Assembly: GCA_946566955.1 (NCBI GenBank)
Contig: CAMNXD010000005.1
Span: forward strand, 12,044-76,043
Direction: 5' to 3'
DNA: 64,000 bases
DNA from: an uncultured Clostridia bacterium
GTDB lineage: Bacteria; Bacillota; Clostridia; Oscillospirales; Acutalibacteraceae
The translations under genes and the position numbers were made by a program. Below the pieces are notes generated by a model, which did not search any database, was not told the origin of the DNA, and was given only the letters and a program-made list of their open reading frames with translations. Below are positions 10,499-17,587 of this stretch, piece after piece. Within the stretch, counting starts at the first letter, position 1; the number at the start of each line of letters is the position of its first letter.

Positions 10499-10777
10499 TT
10501 ATTTTTTACCCGTTGTTTTTGAACCGGCATGACCTTTAAAAGTCCTAGTTGGAGCAAATTCACCAAGCTTATGACCCACCATATCTTCTGTAACATAAAC
10601 AGGAATATGCTTGCGTCCATCATGAACAGCGAACGTATGGCCTACAAACTCCGGGAAAATGGTTGATGATCTGCTCCATGTTTTTAACACCTTTTTTTCG
10701 CCGGTTTTATTAAGTTCATTAACTCTTTTTAAAAGTACCGGTTGCACAAAGGGGGCCTTTTTTAAACTCCTACTCAC
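10499..10777 (-). CDS. rpsS: 30S ribosomal protein uS19
   Basis: 92 aa, [11 protein letters not shown]...[16 protein letters not shown]. Confidence 0.95.
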   Translation of the reverse strand: MSRSLKKAPFVQPVLLKRVNELNKTGEKKVLKTWSRSSTIFPEFVGHTFAVHDGRKHIPVYVTEDMVGHKLGEFAPTRTFKGHAGSKTTGKK

Positions 10778-10798
10778 TTTATCAAACTCCTTTCCCTA

Positions 10799-11632
10799 TT
10801 ATTTGCTGTTTCTACGTTTAACAATATATTTATCAGAAGGATTTTTCTTAGAGCGCGTTTTGTATCCTAGTGCTGGTTTACCCCATGGTGTACATGGTCC
10901 AGGACGTCCAACAGGAGATTTTCCTTCGCCGCCTCCGTGCGGGTGGTCACATGGATTCATAACTGATCCGCGCACGGTTGGTCTCCAACCCATATTGCGT
11001 TTACGTCCAGCTTTACCTATTTTAACGTTTTCATGCTCTATATTTCCAACTTGGCCAACAGTTGCCATACACTCTACAGGTACATTTCTAAGTTCACCTG
11101 AAGGTAATCTCAGAAGTGCCATTTTTCCTTCTTTAGCCATAAGTTGTGCCATGATTCCAGCTGCTCTTGCAAGTTGTGCACCTTTGCCAGGATATAGCTC
11201 TATGTTATGAATAAATGTTCCCACAGGTATATTTATTAATGGTAAAGCGTTTCCAACTATGATATCTGCGTCTGCACCGGATTTTATTTCTTGGCCAATT
11301 TTTAATTCCTGAGGCGCTACTATATATCTTTTTTCGCCGTCAGCATATTTAATAAGTGCAATATGTGAAGATCTATTAGGATCGTACTCAAGCGTTAGAA
11401 CCTCGCCTTGAACTCCAAGTTTATTCCTCTTAAAGTCGATTAGACGATATTTTCTTCTGCTGCCGCCTCCTCTGTGGCGTACAGTTATTCTACCATAGTT
11501 GTTTCGTCCGGCAAATTTATTTAAAGGACGAAGTAAGCTTTTTTCTGGTTTTACCTTCGAAAGTTCTGAGTAGTCGATTACCGACATATTTCTTCTTGAA
11601 GGTGAAGTGGGTTTATAATTTTTTATTGCCAA
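10799..11632 (-). CDS. rplB: 50S ribosomal protein uL2
   Basis: 277 aa, ...[16 protein letters not shown]. Confidence 0.96.
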   Translation of the reverse strand: MAIKNYKPTSPSRRNMSVIDYSELSKVKPEKSLLRPLNKFAGRNNYGRITVRHRGGGSRRKYRLIDFKRNKLGVQGEVLTLEYDPNRSSHIALIKYADGEKRYIVAPQELKIGQEIKSGADADIIVGNALPLINIPVGTFIHNIELYPGKGAQLARAAGIMAQLMAKEGKMALLRLPSGELRNVPVECMATVGQVGNIEHENVKIGKAGRKRNMGWRPTVRGSVMNPCDHPHGGGEGKSPVGRPGPCTPWGKPALGYKTRSKKNPSDKYIVKRRNSK

Positions 11633-11681
11633 TCTATTTCACTCTCCTTAAAAACTTAGCTTTGCGGAAGCTGACTCTTCC

Positions 11682-12053
11682 TTAATCTGCTTGTTTCTTA
11701 ATTTTTTTAATTTCAAATAAACTAGCTCCTAGACTCAATAGGCATAAAATTTCTATTAGAATAACAGCTACAATATATCTTGAAAGATACATAAGAAAAA
11801 ACGCTAAGCTTAAAGTTAATAGCATTATTAAAAAACTTATCCCAGTATTTTCTGCCGCAGTACTATCCTTTGAAAAAACTGAAAACTTTAATTTCTTAAA
11901 ATAGATAAAGCTAAAAACAGAAAATAAAAGTTCAAATAATCCTAAAATAATTAAAGCTACCCAGACGTGATAAAGCGCTCCCCATAATACTTCACAAGAT
12001 GTAAAAATTCCAAAAATAGCAAAAAGCATGCCTATTTCTTTCTTAATAACCAA
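11682..12053 (-). CDS. Hypothetical small polytopic membrane protein (about 4 TM) inserted between rplW and rplB
   Basis: An open frame of 123 codons fills 372 of the 426 nt between rplW and rplB in an AT-rich (stop-rich) genome. It has four hydrophobic stretches and K-rich loops. The start is TTG at 12053 or ATG at 12029, and the SD is weak. Confidence 0.6.
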   Translation of the reverse strand: MVIKKEIGMLFAIFGIFTSCEVLWGALYHVWVALIILGLFELLFSVFSFIYFKKLKFSVFSKDSTAAENTGISFLIMLLTLSLAFFLMYLSRYIVAVILIEILCLLSLGASLFEIKKIKKQAD

Positions 12054-12058
12054 ATTAA

Positions 12059-12349
12059 TTAAACTATTCCTTCAAAGAATTCTATAGCTTTACTTTCAGG
12101 TTTTAAAGTCACGTAAGCCTTTTTCCATGATGAAGTATAGCCTTGAAATTTACCTTTACGACGCATTTTACCACGCATATTCAAAGTGTTTACTTTTAAA
12201 ACTTTAACTTTAAATATTTCTTCAATTGCTTTGGCAATTTCAATTTTACCGGCGCTTTTAGATACTTTAAAGGTGTATTTTTTATTCGGCATACCACCCA
12301 TTGTTTTTTCAGTTATTATGGGTTTTATTATAACGTCATGTGCCAACAT
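12059..12349 (-). CDS. rplW: 50S ribosomal protein uL23
   Basis: 96 aa, DVIIKPIITEKT...KKAYVTL. Confidence 0.94.
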   Translation of the reverse strand: MLAHDVIIKPIITEKTMGGMPNKKYTFKVSKSAGKIEIAKAIEEIFKVKVLKVNTLNMRGKMRRKGKFQGYTSSWKKAYVTLKPESKAIEFFEGIV

Positions 12350-12972
12350 TATGCATACACCTCCTCAATTTTGCTTACTGCTTCTTTAAGAATTACTAAC
12401 TTTCTAGCGTTCAATATGTCGTAAGTGTTTAATCCACCAACTTGTGAAGTCTTAACCCCTGGAATGTTACGAGCGGACTTAATAATCTTTTCATCGATGC
12501 TTGGCAACACTATTAATGGTTTTTTAGACGCTTCAATTGCTCCGAGCATATTAACTATAATTTTTGTTTTAAATTCATTTAAAGATATGGAATCTAAAAC
12601 CACAATATTGTTTTCTATAAATTTACTTGAAAGCGCGGACTTAAGAGCTAAACGCTTAACCTTTTTATTAAGTACATAGCTGTAATCACGTGGTTTAGGT
12701 GCAAACACTATTCCACCATGTCTCCACTGAGGAGCTCTTATAGAACCTTGACGCGCATGGCCTGTTCCTTTTTGTCTCCAAGGTTTCTTTCCTCCACCCG
12801 AAACTTCCGAACGTGTAAGTGCACTTTGAGTACCTTGTCTTTTATTGGCAAGATGATTTACAACTACATCGTGCATCACAGCTTTGTTTGGATGAATTCC
12901 AAAAATGGCATCAGGTAAATCAATAGCGCCCACTTCTTTACCCGTCATATCAAGCACTGCTACCTTAGGCAT
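12349..12972 (-). CDS. rplD: 50S ribosomal protein uL4
   Basis: 207 aa, ...[25 protein letters not shown]. Confidence 0.95.
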   Translation of the reverse strand: MPKVAVLDMTGKEVGAIDLPDAIFGIHPNKAVMHDVVVNHLANKRQGTQSALTRSEVSGGGKKPWRQKGTGHARQGSIRAPQWRHGGIVFAPKPRDYSYVLNKKVKRLALKSALSSKFIENNIVVLDSISLNEFKTKIIVNMLGAIEASKKPLIVLPSIDEKIIKSARNIPGVKTSQVGGLNTYDILNARKLVILKEAVSKIEEVYA

Positions 12973-12989
12973 TAAAATTCCTCCCTTCC

Positions 12990-13622
12990 TTATGCTTTAA
13001 CACTGTTGCAAACAAGCACTACGCTACCTTTTGGACCAGGTACTGCACCTTTTATTGCAATCAGATTGTTTTCAATATCAACTTTAACAATTGTTAAATT
13101 TTGAACCGTAACTCTTTCAGCTCCAAGATGTCCAGCCATTTTCTTGCCCTTGAATACTCTCGAAGGATCTGAGCAAGCTCCAATGGATCCACCCTTTCTT
13201 ACTACTGGACCTGAACCGTGAGTTTCTTTAAGTCTTCTAAAGTTCCAACGCTTAATTACGCCGGCCCATCCTTTACCTTTGCTCGTACCTACAACATCTA
13301 TTTTGTCCCCGGATTGAAAAATATCGACCTTAACGATGTCACCTACGTTATAGGAGCTGGTATCCTCGAGACGAAATTCCCTAAGTACTCTTTTTGGAGC
13401 CACATTAGCTTTATCGAAATGGCCTTTTAGAGGTTTACTTACTTGTTTAGGTCTCAAATCACCAAAACCCATTTGTATAGCGTCATATCCGTCAATGTCA
13501 ACTGTTTTTTTCTGCGAAATTACGCAAGGTCCTGCTTGGACTACTGTCACAGGAACGACTTTCCCTTGTTCATCAAATATTTGAGTCATTCCTATTTTTT
13601 TACCTATAATGGCTTTTTTCAT
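12990..13622 (-). CDS. rplC: 50S ribosomal protein uL3
   Basis: [16 protein letters not shown]. Start trimmed to the ATG at 13622 behind GGAGGAG. Confidence 0.94.
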   Translation of the reverse strand: MKKAIIGKKIGMTQIFDEQGKVVPVTVVQAGPCVISQKKTVDIDGYDAIQMGFGDLRPKQVSKPLKGHFDKANVAPKRVLREFRLEDTSSYNVGDIVKVDIFQSGDKIDVVGTSKGKGWAGVIKRWNFRRLKETHGSGPVVRKGGSIGACSDPSRVFKGKKMAGHLGAERVTVQNLTIVKVDIENNLIAIKGAVPGPKGSVVLVCNSVKA

Positions 13623-13693
13623 TTTTCTCCTCCTATTTAGGTTATTGGTTAGCAAAATCTTGCTAACTTGACCCCAACTGCATGTTGGTTAAG

Positions 13694-14005
13694 TTATAGT
13701 TTTATTTCTATCTCAACACCTGCAGGGAGCTCGAGATTCATCAAAGAGTCGATAGTCTTATTTGAAGGTTTTAGAATATCTATAAGTCTCTTATGAGTTT
13801 TCATCTCAAATTGCTCACGGCTATCCTTATTTATGTGAACAGAGCGAAGGATAGTTATAACTTGCTTTTCAGTGGGAAGCGGCACGGGACCAGATATTTT
13901 GCATCCAGTTCTAGTAGCCGTTTGGACCAACTTTTGTGCTGCTTGGTCAACAAGTCGAGAATCGTATCCTTTGATTCTAACTCTCATTTTTTCTTTGCCT
14001 GCCAT
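13694..14005 (-). CDS. rpsJ: 30S ribosomal protein uS10
   Basis: 103 aa, [16 protein letters not shown]...; SD AAGGAGG. Confidence 0.95.
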   Translation of the reverse strand: MAGKEKMRVRIKGYDSRLVDQAAQKLVQTATRTGCKISGPVPLPTEKQVITILRSVHINKDSREQFEMKTHKRLIDILKPSNKTIDSLMNLELPAGVEIEIKL

Positions 14006-14250
14006 TGAATCGCCTCCTTACTTAAAATATTGGTGGGCTTGCCTTTAACCATCAACCTACCCGGGTGTTTCAAAATCCGCATAAATAAAAACGGATCAAC
14101 AACTACGTTCAACCCGAATAACACAAAAGCACTGAATTTTTAATTAAAAATCCAAAATCTTTCGCCCGGTTTTAAATCGGACATACTCCACGGAAATAAC
14201 CGACTTTAAGTCGCAACCTCCCGCTTCAACGCATACCGCAGCAGTCACAC
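14006..14250 (-). promoter_or_regulatory. Long (about 245 nt) GC-enriched 5' leader of the S10 operon with several hairpins
   Basis: Lies between the predicted promoter and the rpsJ ATG. Hairpins: CGACU-UAA-AGUCG nested in AACCGA...UCGGUU, AUCCG-N12-CGGAU, and a long-range ACCGGG/CCCGGU pair. Confidence 0.45.
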
Positions 14251-14256
14251 TCGGTT

Positions 14257-14285
14257 ATAATACCATATGACTTCAAAAAAATCAA
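14257..14285 (-). promoter_or_regulatory. Sigma-A-type promoter of the S10 operon
   Basis: Minus strand TTGATT, 17 nt spacer, TATTAT. Confidence 0.55.
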
Positions 14286-14465
14286 GAACTTTTTTAAGGT
14301 AGTAAAAATATTCTGGTGGCTTTACCTTTTAAGTCAATGTCTCTTTTTCCCCGATTTCAAGAAAATATTATTTTTTTAGCTTAAGTTTAATAGCAAAGCA
14401 CATCTAAAACGTTATTTTTTCAAGATATCCATTCTAGAAGTAAACTTTGCTATATTTTAAATTTA

Positions 14466-14837
14466 TTATTCGTAGTTGCAGTATAAACTTAATGGATGAG
14501 GATTTGAACTACATTTTTTTAAACACGCAGCCGAACGCACTAAATAATTATTTGGCCCTACTCCTCGTTTCCACTCAAATTCTTCAATCAGAATTTTAAA
14601 TCCATGAATCCCTGTTCGATAAAATGAACATTTATTTTCTTTAGCACATTCAATTGCTTTAAAAATGCGTTCAAATGGACCTATAACTAACTCCCTTATT
14701 TCATGAATAACATACCAGGCTTCTTTGTTAGATATACTTTTTATATAACCATAATAAATATATCCTCCGGCAATTTTTTCAAGTTCTTCTGAGCTTAAAG
14801 CTTCCAACTTAGAAGAAACATCTTCAAAATGTTTTAT
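14466..14837 (-). CDS. Double-glycine-leader cargo protein (98-aa Cys-containing core). The start is uncertain: ATA at 14837 behind a good SD, or TTG at 14807.
   Basis: LEALSSEELEKIAGG|YIYY matches the LSxxELxxIxGG leader motif. GGAGGG lies 7 nt upstream of an in-frame ATA, and there is no in-frame ATG. Confidence 0.6.
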   Translation of the reverse strand: MKHFEDVSSKLEALSSEELEKIAGGYIYYGYIKSISNKEAWYVIHEIRELVIGPFERIFKAIECAKENKCSFYRTGIHGFKILIEEFEWKRGVGPNNYLVRSAACLKKCSSNPHPLSLYCNYE

Positions 14838-15022
14838 AGTCTTTCCCTCCTTATAAATATGGTTATAAGTACTTATAATGTACGTATGCTAAAATGCTTA
14901 GATTGTATTTTCAAGAATTTTTTGTAAATTCAGAGGTTTTAATATTTTGAATTAGCTATATCGCAAAAAATACTTACTATTTTCTAGAAATTACTTTATA
15001 TCTATCTAAAGTTTTAAATTGA

Positions 15023-16135
15023 CTATTTCCTCTCATCATTTAGTTCATATATAAAATTTTTTAAATCAGATTTAGCTTTTGAAAGATTATTTATAACAAG
15101 TACCATCTTTTGATTATAAATTTCATCGCGAACATTTCCATCAGCGGGAATTCTGTATTCTTCTACGGGATAGTTTAAATAAGTCATACCTCGAGTTACT
15201 AGACGAGTTATTTCAGAAATTTTAAAATTAGTTGTAATTAGCGGTGCAAGAGTTGATATCATCTCCGTTATTTTTGATGCTCCCGCTTTTTTCATCGATT
15301 CAATCATTGCTTTTATAACCTCTCGTTGACGCATGGTTCTATCGTAATCAGACCCTAAACTATTCCTATTGCGAGAATGATGCAAAGCCTGAAGTCCCGT
15401 CAAATGCTTTACTCCCGCGCCCTTTAGAGTATTTTTGTCTTTTGAATAAGTATTAATGTAAGAACTTTCTTTTGCTGTAAGTTCGATGTCAATACCTCCT
15501 AAGGCATCTATAATTTTAGAAAACCCTTCAAAATCTACGCAAGCATATCTATCAATTAATATACCAAAATTTTTTTGAAGCGTTTCTATCGTTAATTTAG
15601 GTCCTCCATAAGCATATGAAGCATTTATACGGTCTTTACCGTAATTTGGAATATCTATCCAAGTATCTCTCATTATAGACGTCACTTTTATTTTTTTAGC
15701 TCTTATATTTAGCGAAAGAATTAACAGTGAATCGCTGCGTCCATGATCCCCTGCAGACATAGAATCACTGCCTATTAATAAAACATTAAGGACTTTATTA
15801 TCATTAAAAAGACCATCTACAGCTCCATTATCTTCAGATTTACTAGTTTTTCCTTCTTCATAAGGTATCTCTTCATAGTTAAAAGAATGTAGCATGTTAT
15901 AGGTATATATCATCATTCCACCTAAAATTCCAAGAAACATAAAAAAAACAAATGAAAGAATTCTTAAAATCGGAATACGTTTTTTCTTCTTTACTCGTTT
16001 TTCATCTGAAGAGAATATGTCTACATAATAGTTATTATGGTGAGGACTTAAGGGAAAATTTGTATTATTATGTGATGTTTTATTTAAATTATTTTTTCTA
16101 GAATGCAAAGTGTAATTTTTTGGCGTTTTTTTCAT
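15023..16135 (-). CDS. LytR-CpsA-Psr (LCP) family cell-wall glycopolymer ligase
   Basis: N-terminal TM, then LNVLLIGSDS...GRSDSLLILS...INASYAYGGP...DFEGFSKIIDALGGI. Confidence 0.85.
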   Translation of the reverse strand: MKKTPKNYTLHSRKNNLNKTSHNNTNFPLSPHHNNYYVDIFSSDEKRVKKKKRIPILRILSFVFFMFLGILGGMMIYTYNMLHSFNYEEIPYEEGKTSKSEDNGAVDGLFNDNKVLNVLLIGSDSMSAGDHGRSDSLLILSLNIRAKKIKVTSIMRDTWIDIPNYGKDRINASYAYGGPKLTIETLQKNFGILIDRYACVDFEGFSKIIDALGGIDIELTAKESSYINTYSKDKNTLKGAGVKHLTGLQALHHSRNRNSLGSDYDRTMRQREVIKAMIESMKKAGASKITEMISTLAPLITTNFKISEITRLVTRGMTYLNYPVEEYRIPADGNVRDEIYNQKMVLVINNLSKAKSDLKNFIYELNDERK

Positions 16136-16213
16136 GTTTTCTCCCCATAAAATAACTTTTTAAGTCGTATCTTATTTTAAATTCTTTTATAGTATTTTTC
16201 AACAAACTTTTCT

Positions 16214-17365
16214 TTATTTAGATAAATACAAAGCAATAGCAGTACGATTCGGAAGTTTCAAGATAGAACCTGCTGTTAAAGTTTCATTAGTTTCTATACC
16301 GTTGAAACTAGCCACGGCCGTAATATATCTATTATCTTTATAATAGCTTGTACATATCGATGCTATAGTATCGCCATGCTGCACTACATAATCCTCAAAT
16401 TCTATATCAAGTCCAGTAGGAAGAATAATATCGCCAGTTTTAGAAGTTCCAGTTTGATTGTCAATATTTTCAGCAACTGTTTTATCCGATTCGTCCTCTG
16501 TATTTCCATTATACGTGACTTCGCCTATAGTCACAGCTGTGGCTGCAGTTCCTGATTGCTGACCTTCAGTTAACTTGGAATAAGCAAGATAAAAAACTCC
16601 CGCAACGACTAATGAAATCATGGAAACTTTCGAAATCTTACTTATTAACGGTTTTCTTAAACTTATTTGATACTTTATATAAGAAAACCATGAACTTGTT
16701 TTAGATATTTTTTCAGCTTTTTTAAGTTCAATAACCATCTCAGGTATAGACCGATAAACCCCTCGTTTACATTTATCAATAACAATATGCAAAGGTTTAT
16801 TAAACTTCGCTTCAGACTCTGGCTCTAAAAGGGTATATATTATCTTCCCTATATTTTGCGAAATTAAAGCTTGAGCTTCTTTTCCATTATTATATTTCTC
16901 CATATTTTTAAAATTATAAATTAAATGGATATTTTTTTTCTCGTCAATATGGATATTCTCGAGTTCTGTTAAACATCCAAGAATACTTGGTGGAAAATTA
17001 TATATTCTATCAATACGAATAAGTATATTTTCTAAAATTACACACCTTTCATCGAAGGGAGAAAAATTAAAACCTTTTCTGAATTTTTGTTTTATGTTTT
17101 CAGCTTCCACATACTTAAAAACACTATAAAACCGTTCATTCTCTACGAAAAAGTCAACAAATTCTTTAGGACACTGCGAAGAAGAAAAGATTGAAAACAA
17201 CATTTTAAATGTGTCTAGCTCATTTTTTTTACATTCAAACTCATTTATGATGTAAAGATTGTCAAGCGTATTTTCGCCTTTATACCCGATAAGTACACTA
17301 TATTCTGGACCCGAAAATAGATTCGCTATCACAACGTAATCAAAACTTCTGTTTATCTCACACAT
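16214..17365 (-). CDS. Membrane protein: cytoplasmic kinase-like (probably inactive) domain, one TM, extracellular LysM domain
   Basis: C-terminal LysM YVVQHGDTIASICTSYY...LTAGSILKLP; TM ISLVVAGVFYLAY. Start trimmed to the ATG at 17365 behind AAGGTG. Confidence 0.7.
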   Translation of the reverse strand: MCEINRSFDYVVIANLFSGPEYSVLIGYKGENTLDNLYIINEFECKKNELDTFKMLFSIFSSSQCPKEFVDFFVENERFYSVFKYVEAENIKQKFRKGFNFSPFDERCVILENILIRIDRIYNFPPSILGCLTELENIHIDEKKNIHLIYNFKNMEKYNNGKEAQALISQNIGKIIYTLLEPESEAKFNKPLHIVIDKCKRGVYRSIPEMVIELKKAEKISKTSSWFSYIKYQISLRKPLISKISKVSMISLVVAGVFYLAYSKLTEGQQSGTAATAVTIGEVTYNGNTEDESDKTVAENIDNQTGTSKTGDIILPTGLDIEFEDYVVQHGDTIASICTSYYKDNRYITAVASFNGIETNETLTAGSILKLPNRTAIALYLSK

Positions 17366-17419
17366 GAATTTTTCACACCTTTTTGTAAAAATAAGTACGG
17401 AAAACCTTCTTAGCACTAC

Positions 17420-17448
17420 TTGACTTAACTATTCTATGATAATATACT
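17420..17448 (+). promoter_or_regulatory. Candidate sigma-A promoter for the sensor/MORN genes
   Basis: TTGACT, 17 nt spacer, TATACT, about 140 nt upstream of the ATG at 17588. Confidence 0.4.
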
Positions 17449-17587
17449 ATATTAAACAAGTCAATGAGGATAGTAATAATGTAAGTTATATAAAATATTT
17501 ATATACTATATATTATCTCATAATCTATAAAGTAACTTTTATTTATCGACTGCTAAATTAAAAAATAAATTGATGTGAGGAGATTCT

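Noticed and set aside
10659-11210. 183-aa plus-strand ORF, with many similar track ORFs (e.g. 2121-2513, 5407-5613, 8256-8438, 12425-12679, 13218-13430)
   Set aside because: They lie antisense to highly conserved ribosomal-protein, adk or other genes. They have no SD, and their composition is the mirror of the real gene. These are shadow ORFs.
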